A DNA stretch of 32,000 bases, from NCBI RefSeq assembly GCF_900289195.1, contig NZ_OMOH01000001.1, forward strand, positions 1 to 32,000, written 5' to 3'. The stretch is from Propionibacterium ruminifibrarum (GTDB lineage: Bacteria; Actinomycetota; Actinomycetes; Propionibacteriales; Propionibacteriaceae). The notes beneath the pieces are model-generated. The model saw only the letters and a program-made list of their open reading frames with translations, was not told the DNA's origin and did no database searches. Position numbers and translations under genes: made by a program. Below, piece by piece: positions 8,503-17,405 of this stretch (the first letter of the stretch is position 1; every line of letters begins with the position of its first letter).

Positions 8503-9456
8503 TCAGGCTCCTGGTTTCACCAGACCGGACACGGGGTCACGGTCCTCGATCGGCGCCGTCACGTCGGGCTCGGCGGGCAGGTTGCGGGCCCGCCGGCGGG
8601 CGCGGACATTGGCGAACACGCCCCAGCGCGGGATGAGCAGGGCCAGGACGACGATGACGGCGCTGACGAGCTTCATGTCATTGGGCTGCAGCCCCACCAT
8701 GAGGGCCAGCTGGATGATGACGCGGTAGATGATCGAACCGAAGCAGACGGCGGCGGTGGCCACCGCGACCCGCGACGAGCTGAAGATCGCCGTGCCGATG
8801 ATGACCGAGGCCAGGCCCGCGACGATGAGGCCGATGCCCATCGAGATGTCGGCGTAGCCCTGGTACTGGGCGATGAGGGCCCCGGAGGCTGCGACCAGCC
8901 CGTTCGACAGCGCCAGCCCGATGATCTTCGTCGTGTTCGTGTTGATGCCGTTGGCCCTGGCCATCGACTCGTTGTCGCCCGTGGCGCGCATCGCGAAACC
9001 GAGATTCGTCGACAGGAACCAGTTCATGGCGAGGACGAACAGGGCGAGGACCAGCGCGAAGAGCACGATGGAGGTCAGCGTGCCCAGCAGGGCGCGGTCG
9101 GACAGCGGGGTGAACACCGTCGTGGCGCGCAGCAACGGCAGGTTCGCCCTGCCCATGATGCGCAGGTTGATCGAGTAGAGCGCGATCTGGGTGAGGATGC
9201 CGGCCAGCAGCGGGTGGATCTTGCCCATGGTGTTCAGCAGCCCCGTCACCATGCCGGCGAGCAGGCCGCCGCCGAAACCGGCGGCGGTTGCCAACACCGG
9301 GTTGCCCCCGTGGGTGATGATGAGGGCGCAGAGCCCCGCCCCGGTGGTGAAGCTGCCGTCGACCGTCAGGTCGGCGAAGTCGAGGATCCTGAAGGTGAGG
9401 TAGACCCCCAGGGCCATGAGCCCGTACAACAGGCCCAGTTCGATGGCACCGGGCAT
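8503..9456 (-). CDS. ABC transporter permease (branched-chain/simple-sugar-like permease fold)
   Basis: 317-aa highly hydrophobic polytopic ORF sitting between the binding-protein and ATPase genes in one operon. Confidence 0.88.
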   Translation of the reverse strand: MPGAIELGLLYGLMALGVYLTFRILDFADLTVDGSFTTGAGLCALIITHGGNPVLATAAGFGGGLLAGMVTGLLNTMGKIHPLLAGILTQIALYSINLRIMGRANLPLLRATTVFTPLSDRALLGTLTSIVLFALVLALFVLAMNWFLSTNLGFAMRATGDNESMARANGINTNTTKIIGLALSNGLVAASGALIAQYQGYADISMGIGLIVAGLASVIIGTAIFSSSRVAVATAAVCFGSIIYRVIIQLALMVGLQPNDMKLVSAVIVVLALLIPRWGVFANVRARRRARNLPAEPDVTAPIEDRDPVSGLVKPGA

Positions 9457-9462
9457 GAACGT

Positions 9463-10452
9463 TCAGCCGACCTTCTCGGCGCCGTCGAGCAGGTCATCGG
9501 GGATCGTGACGTCCATGGCCTGCGCGGCCGCCTCGTTGACGTAGACGGTCAGGTCGGACTGGGTCTCCACGGGCATGGTCGCCGGGTCCGCGCCGTCGCG
9601 CAGGATCCGGATTGCCATCTCGCCCGTCTGGCGCCCCAGCTTGGTGTAGTCGATGCCGTAGGTGATGACACCGCCGTTGCGCACGGAGTCGCCCTCGCCG
9701 ACGATCAGGGGGATCTTGCGGTCCTCGCACAGCGCGACGACAGTGGCCAGACCGGAGATGACGTTGTTGTCGGTGGGCAGGTAGATCGCGTCGACGTCGA
9801 GGGCCTCGGCCGCCTGCTGGAGTTCGGCGGTGTTGGTGATCGTCTTCTCCTGGACCGTCAGTCCCTGGTCATCGGCGGCCTCACGGGCCAGGTCGATCTG
9901 GACCTGTGAGTTGACCTCGCCGGAGGAGTAGAGGAAGCCGACCGAGGCGGCGTCGGGCTTGATCTGCTTGATGAGGCCGATCTGCTCGGCGACCGGGTTC
10001 ATGTCGCTCGTGCCGGTGACATTGCCGCCGGGGGCGTCCTCGGACTCGACGAGCTGGGCCGTCGTCGGGTCGGTCACGGCGGTGAACAGGACCGGGGTCT
10101 GGGTGATGGTCTGGGCGGCGGCCTGAGCGGCCGGGGTGCCGATGGCAAGAACCAGGTCGAGTCCCTGGGAGGAGAACTTCGAGGCGATGTTCGTCGCGGT
10201 GCCCTGGTCGCCCTGGGCGTTCTGCTCGTCGAACTCGCAGGAGATGCCGGCCTCCTCGAAGGCGGACTTGAAGCCCTCACGGGCGGCGTCCAGCGAGCTG
10301 TGGGTGAGGATCTGCATGATGCCGATCGAGTAGCTGGTGGACGAGGAACCCGAACTGCTCGAGTCGGAGGAACAGGCGGCCAGCGGACCGGCCAGGGCAG
10401 CGAGACCGGCAGCGGAGAGCAGGGTTCGTCGATTCATGATTGTCCTTGCCAT
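9463..10452 (-). CDS. ABC transporter substrate-binding lipoprotein (ABC_sub_bind / PF04392-type)
   Basis: Signal peptide with lipobox LAGPLAAC. YSIGIMQILTHSSLDAAREGFKSAFEEAG...QNAQGDQGTA...AIGTPAAQAA...VLFTAVTDP matches the family pattern I remember. The start may instead be the second Met (10437), which is preceded by AAGGA. Confidence 0.85.
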   Translation of the reverse strand: MARTIMNRRTLLSAAGLAALAGPLAACSSDSSSSGSSSTSYSIGIMQILTHSSLDAAREGFKSAFEEAGISCEFDEQNAQGDQGTATNIASKFSSQGLDLVLAIGTPAAQAAAQTITQTPVLFTAVTDPTTAQLVESEDAPGGNVTGTSDMNPVAEQIGLIKQIKPDAASVGFLYSSGEVNSQVQIDLAREAADDQGLTVQEKTITNTAELQQAAEALDVDAIYLPTDNNVISGLATVVALCEDRKIPLIVGEGDSVRNGGVITYGIDYTKLGRQTGEMAIRILRDGADPATMPVETQSDLTVYVNEAAAQAMDVTIPDDLLDGAEKVG

Positions 10453-10662
10453 GATGAAAGAAAATTTTTGAGGGCTTCACGTTAACGCTCGACGCAGGTG
10501 CGCTCCGCCCGTGCCCGACCGCTGGACATTCTCCCGTCGCGGCGGTGGAACCGGGTCGCGAACGAAAGATCGTGTGGTGCCATGGCAGTCGGGACAGCCT
10601 GTCGGCTAACTAGGATTGTACGGGCCGGCCGGACCGGGCCGGTCCTGGGGGAAGGGGGAACA

Positions 10663-11298
10663 ATGCCGGTCAGTCCTCGCCTGGTCCTGGTGCGACACGG
10701 CCAGACCGAGTGGAACACCCAGCAGCGCTGGCAGGGGGCCACGGACATTCCCCTCAACGAGACCGGGAGGCGGCAGGCGAGATCGGCCGCGCCCTTCTAC
10801 GCCTCGCTCGGGCCGGTGGCGATCTGGAGTTCCCCGCTGAGCCGCGCCATTGACACGGCAAGCGAGGTCGCCGCACTGGCGGGGCTCGAGGTCCACACCG
10901 ATGATCGTCTCAAGGAGATGGACTTCGGCGAGGCCGAGGGGCGCGTCTGGGAGGAGGTCCTGGCCCTCGATCCGACCATCGCCGAGTGGCGGACCGGGCA
11001 GGACGTGCTGTGGCCGGGCGGCGAGTCCGGCTCGCTCGTCCAGCGGCGCATGGGCGGGGCACTCTCACAGATCGACCAGTCGGCGCCCGACGGCGTCGTG
11101 CTCGTCTTCACGCACGGCACGGCCATCCGCATGGGCTCTGCGGCCATGCTCGGATGGGGGATCGAGGGGGCATGGCGTCTCGGTTCGGTGGGCAACTGCT
11201 GCTCGACCGGCCTGGTGGCCACGAGCGCCGGGTGGCGTCTCGATCACTTCAACGCCTCACCGCAGTGGGGGCATGACGAGCGACACGTGCTACTTTGA
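10663..11298 (+). CDS. Histidine phosphatase family protein (phosphoglycerate-mutase-like)
   Basis: RLVLVRHGQTEWN (RHG catalytic motif) directly after ATG 10663, which follows GAAGGGGGA. A second His motif, FTHG, lies downstream. The ORF-track start 10498 is an unsupported extension. Confidence 0.82.
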   Translation: MPVSPRLVLVRHGQTEWNTQQRWQGATDIPLNETGRRQARSAAPFYASLGPVAIWSSPLSRAIDTASEVAALAGLEVHTDDRLKEMDFGEAEGRVWEEVLALDPTIAEWRTGQDVLWPGGESGSLVQRRMGGALSQIDQSAPDGVVLVFTHGTAIRMGSAAMLGWGIEGAWRLGSVGNCCSTGLVATSAGWRLDHFNASPQWGHDERHVLL

Positions 11299-13022
11299 CC
11301 GCCATGGCGAATGCGGAGGGGACGAGCGGCGCCGGTGACTTCATCAGCGACGCGATCGGGCATGACATCGACGGCGGCGTCTACAAGGGGCGTGTCCAGA
11401 CTCGTTTTCCCCCCGAACCGAACGGATACCTGCACATCGGTCATGCGAAGGCCATCACTGTCGACTTCGGTACGGCCGAGAAGTTCGGCGGCGTGTGCAA
11501 TGTGCGCCTCGATGACACCAATCCGGTGGCCGAGAACCCGGAGTTCGTGCAGTCGATCCTCGACGACATCGCCTGGCTCGGGTACGAACCGGCCGCCGTC
11601 CTGCACGCCTCCGGCTACTTCGAGCAGCTCTACCAGTGGGCGCGGTACCTGATCGAGCAGGGTCTGGCCTACGTCGACGACCAGGACAACGAGACCATCT
11701 CGGCCCAGCGCGGCGGGTACGGGCGGCCCGGCGTCGAGAGCCCCTTCCGGGACCGTTCCGTCGAGGAGAACCTCGACCTGTTCACCCGCATGCGCGCCGG
11801 CGAGTTCCCCGACGGCTCCCGCGTGCTGCGGGCCAAGATCGACATGGCCTCGGACAACATGGTGCTGCGCGACCCGGTGATGTACCGCATCCGTCACGCC
11901 GAACATCACCAGACGGGCATGCAGTGGCCGATCTACCCGACCTACGACTGGGCGCACGGCCAGAGCGACGCCATCGAGGGCGTCACCCACTCGCTGTGCA
12001 CCCTCGAATTCGACACCCACCGTCCGCTGTACGACTGGTACCTCAACCACCTGCCCCTGCCGACGGAGAAACCACGCCAGATCGAGTTCGCGCGGCTCGA
12101 ACTCACGTACACGATCACATCCAAGCGCCGCCTGGCGAGGCTCGTCCGTGACGGCATCGTGGACGGGTGGGACGATCCGCGCATGCCGACGCTGCGTGGT
12201 CTGCGGCGTCGCGGCTACCCCGCCAAGGCGGTCCGCGACTTCTGCGCCTACCTGGGCACCACGCGCACCAATGCACGGCACAACATCGAGGAACTCGAGT
12301 CCTTCGTCCGCCGCGAACTCAACACGACGAGCCGGCGGCGCATGGTCGTCACCCGGCCACTGCACCTGGTGATCGACAACTGGCCCACCGACGAGAACGG
12401 CAGCCCCGTCGTCGAGTACTTCCCGCTGACGAACAACCCCGAGAACCCGGACGAGGGCACCCGGCTGGCGGCCTTCACCGGTGACCTGTTCATCGAGCAG
12501 GAGGACTTCGCCGAGACGCCCCCGCCGAAGTTCTTCCGCCTGGCACCCGGCCGCGAGGTGCGTCTGCGCGGCGCCTATCTCGTCACCGCCACCGGTGTGG
12601 TCAAGGACGAGAACGGACAGGTCGTCGAGGTGCACGCCACCTACGACCCGGCCACCCGCGGGGGCGACGCCCCCGATGGGCGCAAGGTGAAGTCGACGAT
12701 GCACTGGGTCAGCGTCCCTCACGCCGTCGATCTCGACGTGGCCCTCTACGACCGCCTGTTCACCACGCCCAACCCCGGGGAGAGCACCGGGGAGCCGCTC
12801 GACGACCTCAACCCCGACTCACGTGAACTGCTGTCGGCCAAGGGCGAGGCCGCGATCACCGATGTCGAGCCGGGCCAGGTCGTCCAGTTCGAGCGCCTCG
12901 GCTACTTCGCCGCCGACCCTGACCGTCCGGGCCTGTTCCACCGCACGGTCGGCCTGCGCGACGAGTGGGCGGCCCTGCAGCGCAAGGCGGCGAAGGGCGC
13001 GAGGGCGGCGAAGAGGGCCTGA
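11295..13022 (+). CDS. glnS: Glutamine--tRNA ligase (GlnRS)
   Basis: TRFPPEPNGYLHIGHAKA (HIGH), VMYRIRHAEHHQTGMQWPIYPTYDWAHG and LTYTITSKRRL (KMSKS-like) are GlnRS-specific blocks. TTG 11295 overlaps the upstream stop codon. ATG 11304 (MANAEG...) is the more likely start. Confidence 0.92.
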   Translation: MTAMANAEGTSGAGDFISDAIGHDIDGGVYKGRVQTRFPPEPNGYLHIGHAKAITVDFGTAEKFGGVCNVRLDDTNPVAENPEFVQSILDDIAWLGYEPAAVLHASGYFEQLYQWARYLIEQGLAYVDDQDNETISAQRGGYGRPGVESPFRDRSVEENLDLFTRMRAGEFPDGSRVLRAKIDMASDNMVLRDPVMYRIRHAEHHQTGMQWPIYPTYDWAHGQSDAIEGVTHSLCTLEFDTHRPLYDWYLNHLPLPTEKPRQIEFARLELTYTITSKRRLARLVRDGIVDGWDDPRMPTLRGLRRRGYPAKAVRDFCAYLGTTRTNARHNIEELESFVRRELNTTSRRRMVVTRPLHLVIDNWPTDENGSPVVEYFPLTNNPENPDEGTRLAAFTGDLFIEQEDFAETPPPKFFRLAPGREVRLRGAYLVTATGVVKDENGQVVEVHATYDPATRGGDAPDGRKVKSTMHWVSVPHAVDLDVALYDRLFTTPNPGESTGEPLDDLNPDSRELLSAKGEAAITDVEPGQVVQFERLGYFAADPDRPGLFHRTVGLRDEWAALQRKAAKGARAAKRA

Positions 13023-13177
13023 GGGACCCCTGCTGAGGGCCGGTTCGTCCCCACCACCCGTCGCCGGGTAATGGCTGATGTCGCGCCATGGCCATGCGCC
13101 GTCGGCGCCCGGGCTGGTCGTCGGCATGTCATGGGCTCGGCTCGGGCACCGGCGGCAAGACGCTCGGTGGGGGAGCA

Positions 13178-13218
13178 GGCCCCGCTGCTGCTCGTGGGGA
13201 CCAGGCAGCAGCGGGGCC
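13178..13218. terminator. 14-bp perfect stem hairpin between convergent glnS and iolE
   Basis: GGCCCCGCTGCTGC-13 nt-GCAGCAGCGGGGCC, pairs checked by hand. No U-tract. Its position between two convergent stop codons suggests a terminator. Confidence 0.5.
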
Positions 13219-13234
13219 GGGTGGACCCTTCCGG

Positions 13235-14161
13235 TCAGATCGTGAAGAGCGTGCTCTCGATGTAGTTGCGGGCCTTGACGGCGTACTCGTGCGGGTTCGC
13301 GATCGCCGGGTCCTGCTCGGCCTCGACGAGGATCCACTGGTCATAGCCGTGGTCGACGAGGAGCCGGTAGGGCTCGGTGAAATCGATGCAGCCGTCACCC
13401 GGAACCGTGAACATGCCGGCCAGGAAGGAGTCGAGGAAGGAGCGCTCGGCGTCCCGGGACTCGGCCATCTTGTCCGGGCGGACGTCCTTGAAGTGGACGT
13501 GCTTGACACGGTCGATGGTGGCCTCCAGCAGCCCCATGACGGTGCCTGCCCCGACGAAGGCGTGGCCGCTGTCGAACAGCAGGGAGACCTTGGCGGGGTC
13601 GGTCATCTCCATGAGTCGGATGGTCTCCTCGGTGGTCTGGATGACGGTTCCGAGGTGGTGGTGGTAGACGAGGTCGAGGCCGTGTTCGTGGGCGACATCG
13701 CCGAGCCGGTTCAGGCCCTCTGCCAGCACCGGCCACTGCTCCTCGGTGAGGACCGGCTTGTTCGTGAAGATGCTGACGTCGCGGACGCCCTGCACCGATC
13801 CGGTCTGTTCCGAGACGACGATGCGAGTGGCGCCCAGGTACTCCAGGTAGCGACAGTTCTCCTCGAAGACGGGGACGACGGCGTCGATGCCGTCCCGCAG
13901 GATGAAGGAGGAGAACCACTGGGCGACGATCCGGATGCCGCGCGCCTCGATGCGTTCCTTCACCTCCTCCTTCGGGGGGAAGAAACCGGCGCACTCGGTG
14001 CCGGCGTAGCCGACGTCGGCGAGGTCGAGCAGCATGTCGTCGAGGGTGTTGAAGGCCCCGACCTCCGGGATGTCGTCGTTGCGCCAGGCGATGGGGTGCA
14101 TGCCCCAGTTGATGCCGTGCGGATCCTTGATCGCCGTGGTGGGGTCGAGCCGGAAGGCCAT
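13235..14161 (-). CDS. iolE: myo-Inosose-2 dehydratase (IolE)
   Basis: From MAFRLD (ATG 14161, RBS GGAGA). WGMHPIAWRNDDIPEVGA...AQWFSSFILRDG...VVSEQTGSVQG...LVYHHHLGT...KHVHFKD aligns closely with B. subtilis IolE as I remember it. The ORF-track extension to 14509 is unsupported. Confidence 0.88.
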   Translation of the reverse strand: MAFRLDPTTAIKDPHGINWGMHPIAWRNDDIPEVGAFNTLDDMLLDLADVGYAGTECAGFFPPKEEVKERIEARGIRIVAQWFSSFILRDGIDAVVPVFEENCRYLEYLGATRIVVSEQTGSVQGVRDVSIFTNKPVLTEEQWPVLAEGLNRLGDVAHEHGLDLVYHHHLGTVIQTTEETIRLMEMTDPAKVSLLFDSGHAFVGAGTVMGLLEATIDRVKHVHFKDVRPDKMAESRDAERSFLDSFLAGMFTVPGDGCIDFTEPYRLLVDHGYDQWILVEAEQDPAIANPHEYAVKARNYIESTLFTI

Positions 14162-14247
14162 GGTGTGTCTCCATTCTTGGTGTCGAATTACTCGTGGGTG
14201 CGAGGTGCGAAGAGAAAGTGGTCGTCGATCGTTCCGATGCCGAGGCA

Positions 14248-15906
14248 TCAGGAGTAGCGCTCCTCCATGTCGTGCTCGATCTGCTCGAGCGAACGGCCGG
14301 AGGTCTCGGGCATGATGCGGAACAGCACCACCGCGATGACGAGGTTGAGCACCCCGTAGATCGCATAGGTCAGTCCGCCGCCCAGACCCTCCATCATGGT
14401 GGGGAAGGTCCAGGTGATGATCGCGTTGGCGATCCACATGCAGAAGACGGCGGTGCCGTTCATGACGCCGCGGACGTTGGCCGGGAAGATCTCGCCCAGC
14501 ATCGTCCACACGACGGTGCCATTTGAGGACTGGACGATGAGCATGAACACGGCCATGAGGCCGAGGACGAGGAAGGCGGCCCAGGACGGCGGCGTGCTGC
14601 CGTCCGCCATGTGCGGGGCGATGGCCAGCTGGAAGGTGGCGGCGATGCCGAGCAGGCAGATGCCCACGCCCGTGACGTCGGCGATGAGGATCTGACGGCG
14701 GCGGAACTGGAGGATGAGCCAGATGCCGATGGCCGAACCGATGACGCTCATGACACCGTTGGCCACCTGAGCGGTGATCGAGGTCGAGGTGGACATGCCC
14801 GCGTACTCCAGCACCTTGGGCGCGTAGTACATGATCGTGTTGACGCCGGTGGTCTGGTTGATGATGGCCAGGAAGATGCCGACGAAGAGCAGTTTGCGCA
14901 GCCAGGGTGTGGCGAGAACGTATCCCAGTCCTCTCTTCTGGGCCTCCTCGGCCAGTTCGTGCTGGCGGGCCTCGGCCATTTCCATGAGCTCGTCCTCGAG
15001 CGGGCCATCGCGGTGCGGGTCGCGCACGCGCTTGAGGGAGCCGATGGCGTCATAGAGCCGCTCCTTGGCGATGTACCAGCGGGAGGACTCGGGCATGAGC
15101 CGGATCCCGATCCACAGCGCGACGGCCGGGATCGAGCACAGGACGAGCATGTAGCGCCAGGTCTCGCCGTTGCCGCCCGCGATGACGAGCTGATCGAGGA
15201 AGGCGTGGTACTGCTCGGTGTTCATCGTGCCGCCCTGGGAGGCCTGGAGGGCCTGGACGGTGTCATATGCGTACTCGCCCGGGGCGAGTGTGCCCGAGGG
15301 ATCGGCCTCGATCGTGATCCGGGGGCCGCCCTGGATGTTGCTGATGATGGCGTTCATCGTGAAGGCGAGCAGCTGCCCGGTGACGATCATGAGCTGGTCG
15401 ATGGCGACGATCGAGCCCCGGATGCGTTTGGGGGCGGTCTCGGCGAGATAGACGGGCACGGTGGCGCTGGCGCCGCCGACGGCGAAACCGAGGACGACGC
15501 GGAACGGGTACATGACCCAGATGTTCGGGGCGAAGGTGGTGCCCAGGGCGCCGATCAGGAACACGATGGCGAGCAGCGTGATGTTGTGCCGCCTGCCGTA
15601 CCGGTCGGAGAGCCGGCCGCCGAAGAGGGCCCCGAAGGCAGCGCCGATGAGGAGGGTCCCGCCGATGGCGCCCTCCTCGAGGCTGGTGAGCTGGAAGCCC
15701 TCGGCGGCCTGGGGCATGTACATGAAGGGGAGTGCGCCGGAGATGACGCCGGTGTCGTAGCCGAACAGCAGAGAGCCGAGGGTGGCCACGCCGGCGATGG
15801 CGATGATGCCCCGGTGCTTGCCCGAGGCGGGGGTGGCCGCAACTGCCTGTTTCATCTGGTCCGCGGTGATGTTCTTCAGCGCGGTTCCGTGAGCTTCTTC
15901 GCTCAT
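14248..15906 (-). CDS. iolT: MFS sugar-porter family transporter, IolT-like (myo-inositol/H+ symporter type)
   Basis: From MSEEAH (ATG 15906, RBS GGAGAACC). GSLLFGYDTGVISGALPFM, GRLSDRYGRR, PVYLAETAPKRIRG, RLMPESSRW and PETSGRSLEQIE are sugar-porter/IolT signatures. The ORF-track extension to 15981 is unsupported. Confidence 0.85.
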   Translation of the reverse strand: MSEEAHGTALKNITADQMKQAVAATPASGKHRGIIAIAGVATLGSLLFGYDTGVISGALPFMYMPQAAEGFQLTSLEEGAIGGTLLIGAAFGALFGGRLSDRYGRRHNITLLAIVFLIGALGTTFAPNIWVMYPFRVVLGFAVGGASATVPVYLAETAPKRIRGSIVAIDQLMIVTGQLLAFTMNAIISNIQGGPRITIEADPSGTLAPGEYAYDTVQALQASQGGTMNTEQYHAFLDQLVIAGGNGETWRYMLVLCSIPAVALWIGIRLMPESSRWYIAKERLYDAIGSLKRVRDPHRDGPLEDELMEMAEARQHELAEEAQKRGLGYVLATPWLRKLLFVGIFLAIINQTTGVNTIMYYAPKVLEYAGMSTSTSITAQVANGVMSVIGSAIGIWLILQFRRRQILIADVTGVGICLLGIAATFQLAIAPHMADGSTPPSWAAFLVLGLMAVFMLIVQSSNGTVVWTMLGEIFPANVRGVMNGTAVFCMWIANAIITWTFPTMMEGLGGGLTYAIYGVLNLVIAVVLFRIMPETSGRSLEQIEHDMEERYS

Positions 15907-15989
15907 GGTTCTCCATTCGTCGTGGGATCCGCTGGTTTCATGGCCCAACGGGTGGTGGTCTGCCGGTCGCCGGGACCGCACGGTGATGT

Positions 15990-17186
15990 TCAGAGGTCGA
16001 AGGTCGTCGTGCCCTCGACGCGGGCGACGTCATGCCAAGCACCATCGGCCGCGGAGGCCACGATGGCCTCGTCGACCTCAGCGGCGCACCAGGCGTCAGC
16101 GGCCGAGGGAGCGAGCTGTTCTCCGGTGAGGATCGAGCGGATGAACTGGGCGGCCTCGATGGACTTCATGTCGTCGAATCCCATGGAGGTGCCGATGGCG
16201 GGCTGGTACCGGCTCCACTCTCCCCAGGCCGGGTTGGCCATGGCTCGGGTGTAGCCGTGGGTGGGGCCGCCATCGACGGTGGTGCAGACCTCGAGTTCGT
16301 TGAGACGCTCGAAGTTCCACCGGGCCGAGCCGTTCGTCCCGTAGACCTCGACGACGTACTCGGCGCGCGGGCCCACGCTCACGCGGGAGGACTCCATCGT
16401 GCCGATAACACCGTTCTCGAAACGGACGAGCATGCCGACGTAGTCCTCGTTCTCCACGGGGCCGGTCTCGTCGCCGATCTCAAAACCGGAGTGCCCCACG
16501 CCCATTTTCGTGGGGATCGGGCGTTCAGTGATGAAGGTGTCGGTGGTGGCGGTGACCGAGGCGATGCGTCCGACGATGTACTGGGCGAGATCGGCGCCGT
16601 GGCTCATGAGATCGGGGACGACACCGGCACCGGCCTTCTCACGAGAGGCACGCCAGGTGAGTGGCCCCTTGGGGGAGGCGTTGTAGTCGGCGATGAACCA
16701 GACGCGCACATTGGTGATCCGGCCGAGTTCCCCGGAGCGGACGAGGGTGCGCAGGTACTCGATGGCCGGGACATGACGGTAGTTGAACCCGACGGCGGTG
16801 ACGAGGTCGGCCCGGGCCGCGGCCTGCGCAATGGTCCGGGACTGGTCGGCGTTGACACCCATCGGCTTCTCGATCCAGAAGGGCTTGCCGGCCTCGATGG
16901 CGGCCAGCGCGATCTCCTGGTGCAGGTAGTTCGGGGAACAGATGGACACGGCCTCCACCTGTGGGTCGGCGAGCAGTTCGTGGTAGTCGGAGAAGGCCCG
17001 TTCGAAACCGAGATCCTCGACGGCCGCCCGCCGTGCCTCGTCGATGGGGTCGGCCGCCGCCACGAGACGGGCCGCGACGCCCAGTTCGGGGAAGCGTTCC
17101 GAGACCGAGCGGTAGCTGCGGGCGTGGAGGCGTCCCATCCATCCCAGGGAGACGACGCCGACTCCGATCTGCTTCTTGCTGCTCAT
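15990..17186 (-). CDS. Gfo/Idh/MocA-family NAD(P)-dependent oxidoreductase (module A dehydrogenase)
   Basis: 398 aa. N-terminal Rossmann GVGVVSLGWMGRLH, followed by the EKP motif (WIEKPMG). Same operon direction as iolT and iolE. Confidence 0.85.
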   Translation of the reverse strand: MSSKKQIGVGVVSLGWMGRLHARSYRSVSERFPELGVAARLVAAADPIDEARRAAVEDLGFERAFSDYHELLADPQVEAVSICSPNYLHQEIALAAIEAGKPFWIEKPMGVNADQSRTIAQAAARADLVTAVGFNYRHVPAIEYLRTLVRSGELGRITNVRVWFIADYNASPKGPLTWRASREKAGAGVVPDLMSHGADLAQYIVGRIASVTATTDTFITERPIPTKMGVGHSGFEIGDETGPVENEDYVGMLVRFENGVIGTMESSRVSVGPRAEYVVEVYGTNGSARWNFERLNELEVCTTVDGGPTHGYTRAMANPAWGEWSRYQPAIGTSMGFDDMKSIEAAQFIRSILTGEQLAPSAADAWCAAEVDEAIVASAADGAWHDVARVEGTTTFDL

Positions 17187-17286
17187 GGGTGTTCTCCTTC
17201 CCGGTCAGCAGTGACCGGTCGCGCAGTTTCCGACCTGCGCCGCACGATGTGTTCGAGGTGTGGAACGTGAGGTGCCATGAAAGATG

Positions 17287-17304
17287 TGCTAACGCGCGTC
17301 ATCA
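17287..17304. promoter_or_regulatory. Candidate LacI-type operator TGCTAACGCGCGTCATCA (core TAACGCGCGT)
   Basis: Imperfect palindrome (7 of 9 pairs) 101 nt upstream of the module A dehydrogenase start and downstream of LacI-A. The identical 10-mer core recurs at 22286-22295 in the equivalent position of module B. Confidence 0.5.
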
Positions 17305-17305
17305 A

Positions 17306-17315
17306 TGACATGACA
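17306..17315. promoter_or_regulatory. TGACATGACA box (one mismatch from the TGTCATGACA palindrome at 27527 and 27689)
   Basis: Read directly from the sequence. It lies 1 nt from the LacI-type site in the module A promoter region. Confidence 0.4.
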
Positions 17316-17405
17316 AAGGTAGCAACAGTCATCGGGGCGCCGCAAGATCCTGGTCCATCCGATTTCTTGCGTCCGGGACGAGGACGTCGTGTGAGCCCTG
17401 GGGAT

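Noticed and set aside
8482-9909. 475-aa ORF antisense to the ABC permease and binding-protein genes
   Set aside because: Same reasoning: Asp/Gly/Arg-rich low-information sequence spanning two well-supported genes on the other strand.
10453-10662. Possible riboswitch or T-box in the ~170-nt leader upstream of the ABC binding-protein gene (a TACAAT -10-like hexamer at ~10615-10620 on the minus strand)
   Set aside because: This transporter family is T-box-controlled in some Firmicutes. I could not find a T-box sequence (UGGNACCGCG-like), a specifier-loop arrangement, or a convincing terminator/antiterminator pair, and nothing matched other riboswitch cores I remember. An Rfam/Infernal scan would settle it.
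11244-12722. 492-aa ORF antisense to glnS
   Set aside because: Shadow ORF typical of high-GC DNA. It has Arg/Gly/Val/Asp-rich composition and no recognisable motifs. The opposite strand encodes an unmistakable GlnRS with GC3-biased codons.
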